Of a DNA stretch of 64,000 nt, positions 30,504-40,547 are shown piece after piece; the first letter of the stretch is position 1, and every line of letters begins with the position of its first letter. Both the position numbers and the translations under genes were made by a program. Source of the stretch: Clostridiales bacterium UBA4698 (lineage in GTDB: Bacteria > Bacillota > Clostridia > TANB77 > UBA1234); the NCBI GenBank assembly GCA_002404755.1, contig DHKI01000003.1:9471-73470 (forward strand), in the 5' to 3' direction. The notes below the pieces were generated by a model. It was not told the DNA's origin. It ran no database searches and saw only the letters and a program-made list of their open reading frames with translations.

Positions 30504-31325
30504 CTAATCATGTACTATTTTATCAAGTATGCTAAATATTATAAACATAACAACATTCACCAAAACAATCGTCGCACCAGTACTAATGTTATATGCATAA
30601 GATATGTATAAGCCAATTAAAAATGATACCACACTAACAATCGATGAACTTATTACAACCTTTTTGAAAGACCTAAACAATCTCATTGATGTAAGTGCTG
30701 GGAAAATTATGATGCTACTTATAAGCATTGTTCCCATCATTCTCATTCCAACGACGATAACAACGGCCGTTAGAATAGCAATCAAATTTGTATACCATTT
30801 CACATTCAAGCCAACTGCTTTAGAAAATTCTTCGTCAAATGTAATTGCAAACAATTTTCTGTAATAGATAACAAATAAAATTACAACAATAACACTAACC
30901 GCTACGCTTAAATAAACATCTGAAGCACTCATTGCAAGAATACTACCAAACATAAAATTGCATACATCCGTATTCATACCTGTAGTTAAAGAAGTGACCG
31001 CCACACCTAATGCTAATGCTGTACTTGATATAAGAGCAATTGCACTGTCTGCCTTAATCTTGCTATCATCACCTATTTTTAGTAGCACAACAGCTGCAAT
31101 TATAACTCCTGGTATTGCGATGTATAAAGGTGTAGTAATGCCAAGTGCAGTAGCTATCGTCAATATGCCAAAGCCAACATGTGAAAGTCCATCACCAATC
31201 ATTGCGTATCTTTTTAAAACCAAACTAACCCCTAAAAGAGCCGCACATAAGCTTACTAGAATTCCAACCAATGCTGCTCTCTGTATAAAACCAAAACTTA
31301 ACATCTCTGTAATAGTTGTAATCAT
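30504..31325 (-). CDS. Metal (Zn/Mn-type, ABC-3 family) ABC transporter permease
   Basis: 273 aa, about 8 TM segments, adjacent to the ABC ATPase. Confidence 0.8.
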   Translation of the reverse strand: MITTITEMLSFGFIQRAALVGILVSLCAALLGVSLVLKRYAMIGDGLSHVGFGILTIATALGITTPLYIAIPGVIIAAVVLLKIGDDSKIKADSAIALISSTALALGVAVTSLTTGMNTDVCNFMFGSILAMSASDVYLSVAVSVIVVILFVIYYRKLFAITFDEEFSKAVGLNVKWYTNLIAILTAVVIVVGMRMMGTMLISSIIIFPALTSMRLFRSFKKVVISSSIVSVVSFLIGLYISYAYNISTGATIVLVNVVMFIIFSILDKIVHD

Positions 31326-31998
31326 CTAAGCAACACCTCCACCCTTGTAGCTTTTTGCATCACCTATATATGTAACTTTTCCATCTTTAATTTCTATAAC
31401 CCTACTACAATATTTTATTGCCCTCGAAATATCATGCGAAACCATTATAACTGTCAAACCTCTTTTTTTATTTAGTCTTTCTAAGATTTCATATATTTGA
31501 GTAGAAATAGCAGGATCAAGGCCGTTTGTTGGCTCATCTAAAATGATAACTTTTTCTGTTGCACATATCGCTCTAGCTATTAAAACCCTTTGCTGTTGAC
31601 CACCAGATAAATCTCTAAAGCACTTATTTTTTATATCAAACAAATCCAATTCTTTCATAACTTTGTTTGCCGTAGCTATATCTCTTTTGCTATACCAAAT
31701 TTTATTTATATTATTAACAATTGTACCACTTAGAACAACCTCTTCAATTGATGCTGGAAAATTACTTTGTATTTCAGTTTTTTGTGGTAAATATCCGGAT
31801 TCTATCATTAACAATTATTTTTCCAGATTGTGGCTTGTATAAACCTAAAATGCACTTCATAAGTGTACTTTTGCCAGAGCCGTTCTCACCAAATACACAA
31901 ACAAAATCTCCCTCTTCTATTTTAAAACTTACTCCATTCAAAGCATCTTTTTTCGCAGGATAACTAAAATGTACATCTTTTGCCTCAACCAAACTCAT
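31326..31998 (-). pseudogene. Metal ABC transporter ATP-binding protein with one +1 frame break
   Basis: Walker A GENGSGKST sits in ORF 31774..31998. Signature LSGGQQQR and Walker B ILDEP sit in ORF 31326..31814. The junction reads ..IIVNDRI | GYLPQK... Confidence 0.85.
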
Positions 31999-32081
31999 TC
32001 CATTTCATCTCCTTTTTAAGAACTACTATACATAATACAATAAATTTTGACTAAAATCAACATATATTTACATCTTCTATG

Positions 32082-32567
32082 CTAGCTTATTGGGTGCTTT
32101 ATTGCCAATTTCAATACATCAAATATCCTTATCTTTAGTATAATATTAATATTGGTGTCAAATATCAATTTATCATACTCCGGCAAAATCACGTACTTAT
32201 AATTGCAAATCTTTTTAAAAGGCAACATTTTTAAAGACTCTAAAAAAGTAGATAGTATAGGAATCGAAAATACAGTCGGAAACAAAAAAAGTAGACCAAT
32301 TTTTATATTTGCATCAAAAGATGCCAATTCAACACTTTTCATAATTTGTTTTATCTCGTTTGCACTGATTCTCTTTTTCTTCTTTCCGTTTGAATTATTA
32401 CGTTTTTTTCTTTTTCCAACCACTCTGCCATTTTTCTTTATTTCTACCGGTCCCACTTTTAGTTTAAAAAACGTATTCACTCCACAGCTCTCTATATTCA
32501 CTTGGATTTTAATTTTAAAAATCAAAATACTAATAACAATAAAAATAATTATACATAAAATTTTCAT
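32082..32567 (-). CDS. Hypothetical membrane protein (possibly DUF2953/YtfI-like)
   Basis: N-terminal TM, K/R-rich loop, second hydrophobic segment. The family assignment comes from memory only. Confidence 0.45.
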   Translation of the reverse strand: MKILCIIIFIVISILIFKIKIQVNIESCGVNTFFKLKVGPVEIKKNGRVVGKRKKRNNSNGKKKKRISANEIKQIMKSVELASFDANIKIGLLFLFPTVFSIPILSTFLESLKMLPFKKICNYKYVILPEYDKLIFDTNINIILKIRIFDVLKLAIKHPIS

Positions 32568-32706
32568 AAGAATATTTTTCCAAATAATCGATTTATTATT
32601 CTTAGTTATTTTCTTTAAGAAATCGCTTCCTTGTGAATTTGAATTTTTTATACAATGTAAAACCTCAAACAGTGCTTTGTTGACACACCATTTGAGGTTT
32701 CTTCTA

Positions 32707-34002
32707 TTAATCCTTATTTACTTCTCCACTAACCATTTCTTCGCCACTTACACTTGCAATTGGTTCAATTCCTTCTCTTATTGTGATTGCTCTTTCATGT
32801 TTTAAAGCTCTATAAACTGCATCAATTTTATTATTTTTTGAAGTGATTACCGTTACATTCAAAATAAATTCATTTTCTTCTTCGGCTCTATTTACACTTA
32901 TCTTAATCAAAGTTCCTTTGTTATGATTAGAATCACCTGACTCTAATTTTATCCAATCTTTTTGTTCATTCATTAGACCTTTGCAAACTTTTTCAAAATC
33001 ATATTGACTTAAGTTTATTTCACCACTTGTATTATTCTCATTAATATCAAGTGCTATATACTCGCCTATGTCCTTTTCTGAAATTTTTGAAAGTGCTGAT
33101 GAAATCAAAGATGAATATAATGAAATATCTTCATTTGCAGCCTCTTTCTCTCCATATATAACTTCCTTCTTCCACAAATCACTATCTATAGCATATTCTA
33201 ATACATCTCTGCCTATTTGATAATTAATTTCATCTCTAGAATATGAATAGTTTGTTGCAGGAACATTTGCAACTTCATACTGAATAGTATTTAATTCAGG
33301 AACTAATGCAAATAATGCAATCGTGTTATTTTTTAAATCATCTCTGTCATCTATTGAAGTATTTGCATATTTTACGGACAAAGTTTTCGTATCTGAATCA
33401 ATTACAATGCCAGAAATATTTCTTGAATATGCTAATTGATTTAGAATTTCTTTTACTTTTACTAAATCTGAAACCTTAGTATTTCTATACTTTAGCATTT
33501 CATCAACATCGTATATATTCTCATCTGTAACAACAAGTTTAAAGCCATATTCAGCTGAGCCCTTAGCATAGAAATCTAATTTTATTAAGCATATATACGT
33601 TCCTTCTAATTCTGGAGAATATATTGTAAAGTAATTTCCCGCCTCATCAAATTTAGAAGTAACATCAAAAGTTTCCCCATTAAGAGTGCTAGCATACTTT
33701 ACTTCTTGTATTGTAAATTTTTCTGTTGTAGATACTGTTATTACCTCATTTGTTTTAGAAACTAATGTATTATTAGTATTGTACTCAAAGTCTTTCAAAT
33801 CAATTGCATCAATAGAAGTTATATTGCCAAAAACTTTCCAAGAATATCCGCCAAGTACTGATGTTATACTTTTTTTATCCGCATTTTGCACAGTAAGCTC
33901 TGGTGGAAGTTTTTTTGAATTAGAAACTAAAAATGCCAAAAATACTGCTACCAATATAACTAATGTTATTGCTACTATAAAAATCTTTTCTTTTTTATCC
34001 AT
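32707..34002 (-). CDS. Membrane-anchored extracytoplasmic protein (431 aa), central DUF4825-like region (uncertain)
   Basis: One N-terminal TM. The segment KYRNTKVSDLVKVKEILNQL..LSVKY resembles DUF4825. Confidence 0.5.
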   Translation of the reverse strand: MDKKEKIFIVAITLVILVAVFLAFLVSNSKKLPPELTVQNADKKSITSVLGGYSWKVFGNITSIDAIDLKDFEYNTNNTLVSKTNEVITVSTTEKFTIQEVKYASTLNGETFDVTSKFDEAGNYFTIYSPELEGTYICLIKLDFYAKGSAEYGFKLVVTDENIYDVDEMLKYRNTKVSDLVKVKEILNQLAYSRNISGIVIDSDTKTLSVKYANTSIDDRDDLKNNTIALFALVPELNTIQYEVANVPATNYSYSRDEINYQIGRDVLEYAIDSDLWKKEVIYGEKEAANEDISLYSSLISSALSKISEKDIGEYIALDINENNTSGEINLSQYDFEKVCKGLMNEQKDWIKLESGDSNHNKGTLIKISVNRAEEENEFILNVTVITSKNNKIDAVYRALKHERAITIREGIEPIASVSGEEMVSGEVNKD

Positions 34003-34014
34003 ATGAATCCTCCT

Positions 34015-35199
34015 TTAAATATTTTTGTTCAATCTTTCTAACTCTGTTCCATCTTTCTTTAACCTATAAATCATATATTCTTCAACACTTGACATTCCGT
34101 CAATTAAGTTAAAATCGATATAAATATAATTATCTTTTTCTCTTATATTAACATCTTGAGCATTTTCTCTATACACTTCGCAAATATCACAAATTAATAA
34201 ATTATTCCTATATAGTTTTAATGCTGTTTCTTCTTTTCGTAAAGCATATATAATCGGCATATCACTTTCTTTCACAGATTCAATCTTTGCAGATTTTTCG
34301 CTATACTTTTTCAGTTCACTTTCGCCATAATAACTAAAATATATATTTGAACTGTCTGCATATTTTATTTCATAAACAGCTCCTGTCAAATCTATTAATT
34401 CTGTTTCTGAGCCATCTTTTTCTATCTTTTCAATGCTATATTTAAAACCAACATCCGGCAACCTTCTCTCTATCAAAACATATAATCCCTTGTCCGTGAC
34501 AGCACTATCAATCACCTGCAGTTCACTTTCATTCGTCATATAAATTCTGTCTAGCACATTTGCATATTGCTTTTCTTTGTTCACTTTAAAAATAGAAATA
34601 CTGCCATCACTATTTGAAGAAGAAAAATATAAATTGACATTATCTTCAATCATAAAGCTTGAATTTCCACTCACTAATGATGTAGGATTTTTAACAGTTA
34701 ATGTTTCTCCGTAGTATTCTGCTTTACATATTTTATTTTGATATGAATATATTATATTTCCATCTTGAATACTATACAATTTACCAACACAGAATTTTTT
34801 AATATAACTAGTATCGTCAATATTCATATACAAAGTTTGATCAAAAACAGTGAAAAACAAATTATTATTAAAAACATATAATCTATTTTCAATGTCGTAT
34901 TGCGAAGTCTTATACAAAACTTCAACCTTACTTTCACCTGCCAACTTAATTCTGCATATCTTGTTTTCACTTTCGCCATTATATCCGACTTCATTATCAA
35001 CATAATATATATAATCATCATATATTAACGAATTGCTACCATTCCACATAACTTTCGACTTGTTCTCTTTAGTCAAATCAATAATATTACTATTTGGATT
35101 TTGTATAACATTTCCGTTGTTTTTAGAACTAAATGCTATCAGTCCTATTAAAAGTGCTAAAATTATAATAAACAAAAAAATTAATCCATTTTTTTTCAT
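34015..35199 (-). CDS. Membrane-anchored DUF5050-like (beta-propeller-type) protein
   Basis: N-terminal TM; recurring YY/IYF..D blades (DDYIYYVDNE, LYVFNNNLFF, NIYFSYYGE). Confidence 0.5.
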   Translation of the reverse strand: MKKNGLIFLFIIILALLIGLIAFSSKNNGNVIQNPNSNIIDLTKENKSKVMWNGSNSLIYDDYIYYVDNEVGYNGESENKICRIKLAGESKVEVLYKTSQYDIENRLYVFNNNLFFTVFDQTLYMNIDDTSYIKKFCVGKLYSIQDGNIIYSYQNKICKAEYYGETLTVKNPTSLVSGNSSFMIEDNVNLYFSSSNSDGSISIFKVNKEKQYANVLDRIYMTNESELQVIDSAVTDKGLYVLIERRLPDVGFKYSIEKIEKDGSETELIDLTGAVYEIKYADSSNIYFSYYGESELKKYSEKSAKIESVKESDMPIIYALRKEETALKLYRNNLLICDICEVYRENAQDVNIREKDNYIYIDFNLIDGMSSVEEYMIYRLKKDGTELERLNKNI

Positions 35200-35220
35200 T
35201 AATTACCTCCACTTTTATCT

Positions 35221-35859
35221 TTAGTCTTTGTATGCTTCCAATCTATTTATTTTTATTCCAGCATTCGAAAACTTTTCCTCATACTCAGTCATTATGTTAT
35301 CACTAACATTTTCTGCGTGCAAATCTCTTGTTACATTTCTCAATTCATAGCCATTCTCAACAAGTGATACCATAGAAAAATCAAACAAATCATTATTATC
35401 TGTTTTTTGAAATATTTGTTTTTGTCCTTTAAATATTTTATCATATTTTTCCAAAAAAATCTTGCTTGTTAATCTTCTTTTTTCATGTTTTGCCTTTGGC
35501 CAAGGATCAGAAAAATTAAGATATATACATGAGATTTCGTTTTCGAAAATCTCATCAATCTTCATAGCATCAATTAGCACAAGTTTTAAATTTTTTAAAG
35601 GCTTTTCTTCTTGTTTTAATTTTTCTACTGCCTTAACCATAACACTATCATACATTTCTATCCCAATATAATTTATATCTTTATGCGTTTTTGCCATACC
35701 AATAACAAAGTTTCCTTTACCCATACCAATTTCTATATGAATAGGATTGTTATTTTTAAAAAACTCATTCCATTTTCCTTTGTATTCGCTTGGAGTGTTC
35801 ACGTAATATTCAGAAGCTTCAACTCTTTCTTTTGCATCCTTTACTTTTTTTAATCTCAT
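35221..35859 (-). CDS. trmB: tRNA (guanine46-N7)-methyltransferase
   Basis: HIEIGMGKGNF, FSDPWPKAKHEKRRL. Confidence 0.92.
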   Translation of the reverse strand: MRLKKVKDAKERVEASEYYVNTPSEYKGKWNEFFKNNNPIHIEIGMGKGNFVIGMAKTHKDINYIGIEMYDSVMVKAVEKLKQEEKPLKNLKLVLIDAMKIDEIFENEISCIYLNFSDPWPKAKHEKRRLTSKIFLEKYDKIFKGQKQIFQKTDNNDLFDFSMVSLVENGYELRNVTRDLHAENVSDNIMTEYEEKFSNAGIKINRLEAYKD

Positions 35860-36034
35860 TCTTTTCTCCTCTTAAATCTTAATACTATTGTAAAACCTAA
35901 TATCTAACATTTTTATTTTCGATTAAGTATCCCATTTTTTCTATTTCACTAGACATTAAGACATTATTATTGTATAATGTCCTAGGTGATTAATCAATAT
36001 AATTATCAAATTTTATAAGGAGGATGATTTTAAG

Positions 36035-36478
36035 ATGGCAAAGAAAATAGCTTTATTAGTATCTTTAGTCATGATCTTTTCTTTATCATTAGTTTTTGCA
36101 GAAACAGATGGAAGTACGCTTTTAATTTCACCTGCTCCAATAACTACAGAGAGTGGAGAAACTATAGATACAGCTGAAAAATCTGGCGAAGAATTAGTTT
36201 CAGGAGAAACTTCAGGTGAGGTTTCAGGAGAAATATCTAACGAGACTTCTGGAGAAACTTCAGGCGAAGTTTCTGGCGAAGTATCAGGAGAAGTTTCTGG
36301 TGAAGAAAAAACTCCAGAAGATACAAAAATACCTACAACAACAGATGATAATACTACATCAAAAGATGATAACACAACAACACCATCTACACAAAAAACT
36401 AGCACAGTTGGTGCAGTAATTGCTATAGTAATCGTTGTTGCTGTTGTTGCAATAGTTGCTGTTCTTCAAAAGAAATAA
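36035..36478 (+). CDS. Secreted, C-terminally anchored protein with SGE(T/V) tandem repeats
   Basis: Signal peptide ..SLVFA-ET, about 10 SGEx repeats, Thr-rich region, C-terminal TM VGAVIAIVIVVAVVAIVAVL-QKK. Confidence 0.7.
   Translation: MAKKIALLVSLVMIFSLSLVFAETDGSTLLISPAPITTESGETIDTAEKSGEELVSGETSGEVSGEISNETSGETSGEVSGEVSGEVSGEEKTPEDTKIPTTTDDNTTSKDDNTTTPSTQKTSTVGAVIAIVIVVAVVAIVAVLQKK
36183..36306 (+). repeat. 12-nt-period coding tandem repeat (TCN GGN GAR NNN)
   Basis: Encodes SGEELVSGETSGEVSGEISNETSGETSGEVSGEVSGEVSGEE. Confidence 0.85.
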
Positions 36479-36629
36479 AACATAGTTTAATTTTACCTTC
36501 AGCTACGTAAATGGCTGAAGGCTTTTTATTTAAAAATCAAAATAAAATCATATAAAAATAGCCATTCACATTCTGTTCGATTTTAAGAACAGTTTTAGTA
36601 AATGGTTATTTTTATTCTAAAACATATTA

Positions 36630-37139
36630 CTATTCATTTTCGTTTTCATTCTCTTCATCATCATCTTCACAACCGCATGAACATTCTTCATGAGTGTTAC
36701 CATCTTCATCTTCATAAAACTCATACGTATACGTTCTGTCTTTATCAAATAATTGTGTTATTTTATCTATAACATCAGGCACATAATCCAATAATTTATC
36801 AATTGCATTGCAATGATCAACAGGTATCATTTTTGTTGAACCTTCTGTTATTACTAAGAAACCAATTGGTTCAATATGCACACCAGCTCCACTACCTCCA
36901 CCAAAAGGAAGTGCATGCTTTGTTTCTTCTTCTGAACCGCTTCGTTTTGTTTCTTCTAATGTACTCATATTAAATTCACTGCCACCTGCTGCAAAACCAA
37001 ATGAAACTTTTGATATCGGTATTATAACAGTACCGTTTGCGGTTTCGATAGAATCTCCTATAATAGTATTTACATCTATCATATCCCTCAAATTGTTCAT
37101 AGCAGTATTCATAAGACCTTCAATAGGATGCTCGCTCAT
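36630..37139 (-). CDS. ytfJ: Sporulation protein YtfJ/GerW family with an acidic Cys-containing tail
   Basis: IIGDSIETANGTVIIPISKVSFGFAAGGSEF..PFGGGSGAGVHIEPIGFLVI. Confidence 0.88.
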   Translation of the reverse strand: MSEHPIEGLMNTAMNNLRDMIDVNTIIGDSIETANGTVIIPISKVSFGFAAGGSEFNMSTLEETKRSGSEEETKHALPFGGGSGAGVHIEPIGFLVITEGSTKMIPVDHCNAIDKLLDYVPDVIDKITQLFDKDRTYTYEFYEDEDGNTHEECSCGCEDDDEENENENE

Positions 37140-37211
37140 ATTATTTTTACCTCCTTAATTTATGCTTTAAAAATAATATGAGCTTTTTTATATAAAAATA
37201 TTCTATTTATT

Positions 37212-37970
37212 TTAATTATTTACTATCTCAACACTGATAGCATCTACTCCAGCAGGATAAGTTTCTCTTACCTCTCCATTGTATATTACTTTTACCTTTT
37301 GCCCAATCATATTAAGTCTTGAGCCTTCATCAACTATATCTTTAATCGAAAAACTAATCATATCTGATGATTTAAATATTTCTTGATTTTCCATTGGTCT
37401 AACAAGCATAGTATTTTCTTTTATTCCAACAACACTTCCTATAAAGAATGGTTTAACTTCCTCTTTATCACCTGATTTTTCTAAGTCTCCACTTTGAGTT
37501 GGTTGCTCAATGTTGTTATTTTTTTCTCCACTTGCTATTACATTATCTCCACTCTTAACTTCATGCTCGCCACTGCTTATGACAGTATCACCACTTACTT
37601 GATTTTTATCTCCGCTTTCCTTCTCAACGTCTCCACTATTTATCTTATTATCACCATTATTTTGATTTTTATCATCTTTTGGAATTAGATTTTCATCATA
37701 TTTCTTGTATTCCTCACTAAAATCCTCTGGTTTAGTAAATAAGGTACCAACTTTTGTTTCATCATATCCATTTAACATATGAAAATCTATTATCTTATAA
37801 CCAAAACCTGTATATATGACCGTACCACCATCATTTAAAGTTGCCGACATTTTTGCAAATATAGGCTCCTTTTCACTTTTTATAGAGCTACAATCCACTA
37901 AAATCATTACACCACTAATTATTGCAAGTGCAACTATAATTGCTATTACCAATTTAATTATTTTTTTCAT
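37212..37970 (-). CDS. Membrane-anchored protein with SGD/SGE low-complexity linker
   Basis: N-terminal TM; central xSGDx repeats. Confidence 0.55.
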   Translation of the reverse strand: MKKIIKLVIAIIVALAIISGVMILVDCSSIKSEKEPIFAKMSATLNDGGTVIYTGFGYKIIDFHMLNGYDETKVGTLFTKPEDFSEEYKKYDENLIPKDDKNQNNGDNKINSGDVEKESGDKNQVSGDTVISSGEHEVKSGDNVIASGEKNNNIEQPTQSGDLEKSGDKEEVKPFFIGSVVGIKENTMLVRPMENQEIFKSSDMISFSIKDIVDEGSRLNMIGQKVKVIYNGEVRETYPAGVDAISVEIVNN

Positions 37971-38011
37971 ATCATTATTACATAAACTATATAAAGTTTA
38001 TGAACTCCTTT

Positions 38012-38881
38012 CTAATAATTTTTAAATTCTCTTAAAATTAATTCTTTTTGAGCCATAGTTTCGTTATAGCCTAAATCAATAACATGATTCACATCTTTTA
38101 TGTCCAATAACCCTGTATCTGGAATTGAAAGTTCTAGCAATAAATTTAAATATTCTTTTGCAACTGACATATTCAAAATAGAAAATATATCTGCAGTCCT
38201 TAATGCAACACTTAATATATCATCCTCAGGTTCATATGGATTTAATTCAAAACAGACACCAAGTACTTTTTCTGCTCCCATTTTTTTCAAAACTTTTGTT
38301 GGCAAATTATTTACTGTTCCGCCATCAATCAAATTATACTTTTCAAAGTCACAAGGTGTAAGTACACCTGGAAATGACATGCTTGCTCTAATCGCTTTTG
38401 AAATCTCAGCACCAATTATATAATCGGTTCTTTCTGTATTTTTGATATTAAAATCATCAGATAAAAATATCACTTCCTTTGTACTTATTGTATCACACGA
38501 AACAATTGCAAGTTTTTTATCTAGGCCTTTCATATTAGTTTTTGTAATTTTTTCATCTAGTAGCATGTTTTGCATTGCATTTTCTATTTTGCTTCCATCT
38601 ATCAACGATTTTAATTTTAATTCATTTTTAGCAATTGATTTGATGGCTGAACCAAACACATTTCTAACATTAATTTTAGCTATCTCTTTATATCTGCTAG
38701 AAATTATTTTAAGCATATCATTAGGTTTTATTCCTAATGCATAAAAAGCTGCAATCACACTCCCAGAACTAGTTCCAGAGACATAATCAAATTCAATTCC
38801 AAGTTCTTCTAATGCTTTTAATGCACCTATATGTGCAAAAATTTTCAAGCCTCCACCACTAAAAGCTATTCCGTTTTTCAA
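38012..38881 (-). CDS. Patatin-like phospholipase
   Basis: GGGLKIFAHIG oxyanion motif, GTSSG nucleophile elbow, DGG catalytic Asp. Confidence 0.9.
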   Translation of the reverse strand: MKNGIAFSGGGLKIFAHIGALKALEELGIEFDYVSGTSSGSVIAAFYALGIKPNDMLKIISSRYKEIAKINVRNVFGSAIKSIAKNELKLKSLIDGSKIENAMQNMLLDEKITKTNMKGLDKKLAIVSCDTISTKEVIFLSDDFNIKNTERTDYIIGAEISKAIRASMSFPGVLTPCDFEKYNLIDGGTVNNLPTKVLKKMGAEKVLGVCFELNPYEPEDDILSVALRTADIFSILNMSVAKEYLNLLLELSIPDTGLLDIKDVNHVIDLGYNETMAQKELILREFKNY

Positions 38882-39615
38882 GATTCTTCACCCCTATTTT
38901 TCTTTATTTTTATAACATTTATATCTCCGAATAAAGAGTCTTGCGTAATTTTTATTCTACTCATTTTTGATAATTCTAAAAGGCTTAAAAAAGCTGTAAC
39001 AACTTCTGCCTTTGGCTTCTTCTTTACATTAAAAAGCTTATTAAATACAAAGCTTGGCTTTTTCCATAATTCTTTTAATATCTCTCTTATCTTATTCTTT
39101 ATCGTGTACTTTTCGCTTGTAGCAAGTCTATTTATATTATCTGCTCTTAAATTCCTTTTAGCCTCTTCCTTCGTTACAAAATCATTATATATGCTTGGAA
39201 TTAAATTACTATCAAAACTGCCCTCCAATTTACCTTTTGGCAACTCTATTTTATCAGGCAATTTATAAAATTTGCCTCCATATACTTCAATACGTTCCTT
39301 TAATGTTTTTGTATACTCTTTATATTTTTTATATTCTATAAGCATTTGTACCAAATCAATTTCTTCCTCATCATCTTCAACAACCGTTGGAAGAAGTGAT
39401 TTTGATTTTAAATATATTAATCTTGAAGCCATCACTATAAATTCACTTGTAACATCCAAATTCATTTGATGCATCTCATTTAGATACTCTAAATATTGAT
39501 CTGTTATTTCACAAATCTTTATATCACATATATCCATTTTGTTCTTGTCAATCAAATGGCAAAGTAAATCTAGTGGGCCCTCAAAGTTCTCCATCTTTAT
39601 CGTGTATTGTTCCAT
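38878..39615 (-). CDS. scpA: Segregation and condensation protein A
   Basis: NFEGPLDLLCHLI.K.KMDI..I.I..ITDQYL. Confidence 0.9.
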   Translation of the reverse strand: MEQYTIKMENFEGPLDLLCHLIDKNKMDICDIKICEITDQYLEYLNEMHQMNLDVTSEFIVMASRLIYLKSKSLLPTVVEDDEEEIDLVQMLIEYKKYKEYTKTLKERIEVYGGKFYKLPDKIELPKGKLEGSFDSNLIPSIYNDFVTKEEAKRNLRADNINRLATSEKYTIKNKIREILKELWKKPSFVFNKLFNVKKKPKAEVVTAFLSLLELSKMSRIKITQDSLFGDINVIKIKKNRGEES

Positions 39616-39630
39616 TTTTCCCCCGTAGCA

Positions 39631-40515
39631 CTACATTTTCATTATAATTCGCATAATTAATGTCTTGAATTTTTCTTCAACTTGTGCAGCATTTTCAACA
39701 ACTTCTTCATGTGAAGGAACTGCATTGCCACCAACAACATTAGTAATGCAAGAAATTCCTAGCACTTCTATTCCTGAATGTGATGCCGCAATAACCTCTG
39801 GCACTGTTGACATTCCAACAGCATCTGCACCTAAAATTTCAAGCATTTTTATTTCTGCCGTTGTTTCATACTGTGGACCAGGCATAAAGGCATACACGCC
39901 TTCTTTTAAATCAATTGCTAAATCATCGCTATCTTTTGCAATTCTCATTGCCTTCTTGTCAAACATATCTCCATAAGCTTTAAGCGATGCAACATCTTTT
40001 GCAAGATTTATAAGTCTTTTTGAATAAGCATTTGTCATGCTAGGAAATCTTGTTCCAAACGCATCTTCATTTTTTCCTCTAAGTGGTGATGCTCCACATA
40101 TGTTTATATGGTCTTTTATAATCATCAAATCTTGAGGCTTGAATTTTTTATTTATTCCACCCGCCGCATTAGATATTATTAAACTTTCTATGCCAAGCAA
40201 CGCTAATACTCTTATAGGAAAAGCTACTTCATTCATCTCATAGCCTTCATAGTAATGAAATCTTCCTTGCATTATTATAACGTCTTTATCATAAATTTTT
40301 CCGACGATTAATTTATTGCTATGTCCCTCAACTTTTGATAAAGGAAAGTTTGGAATCTCACAATAAGGAATTTCTACTCTGTTCTCATAAACTTCATCTG
40401 CCAATGAACCAAGTCCTGAGCCTAATATAATTGCAATTTTAGGTCTACAATCAATTTTAGAATTAATATATGTAGCCGCCTCTGAAGCCTTTTGTAATAT
40501 GTTATTCATCTTCAA
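39631..40515 (-). CDS. punA: Purine nucleoside phosphorylase (PNP-I type)
   Basis: IILGSGLG, GRFHYYEG, and the VGMSTVPEVI..H motif. Confidence 0.85.
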   Translation of the reverse strand: MKMNNILQKASEAATYINSKIDCRPKIAIILGSGLGSLADEVYENRVEIPYCEIPNFPLSKVEGHSNKLIVGKIYDKDVIIMQGRFHYYEGYEMNEVAFPIRVLALLGIESLIISNAAGGINKKFKPQDLMIIKDHINICGASPLRGKNEDAFGTRFPSMTNAYSKRLINLAKDVASLKAYGDMFDKKAMRIAKDSDDLAIDLKEGVYAFMPGPQYETTAEIKMLEILGADAVGMSTVPEVIAASHSGIEVLGISCITNVVGGNAVPSHEEVVENAAQVEEKFKTLIMRIIMKM

Positions 40516-40547
40516 ATTTCCTCCTATAAAAATATTTTATGTACGTA

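Noticed and set aside
31813-31824. A5 homopolymer (GGAAAAATAATT on the coding strand) as the frameshift site in the ABC ATPase.
   Set aside because: The downstream frame has a TAA stop within this run, so the shift must occur 3' of it. Homology places it at ATC-C-GGA.
32000-32081. Zur/Fur-type operator upstream of the metal ABC transporter (TTGATTTTAGTCAA).
   Set aside because: Only the outer 4 bp are palindromic, and there is no match to the AAATCGTAATnATTACGATTT-type Zur box. A plain TTGATT-17-TATTAT promoter explains the region.
34824-35021. 65-aa minus-strand ORF in another frame inside the DUF5050-like gene.
   Set aside because: It is nested in a longer, better-supported ORF on the same strand, with no RBS.
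36013-36405. 130-aa minus-strand ORF (SPETSPDTSPE repeats) opposite the SGE-repeat gene.
   Set aside because: It is the mirror image of the coding tandem repeat. The + strand ORF has the RBS, signal peptide, C-terminal anchor, promoter and terminator.
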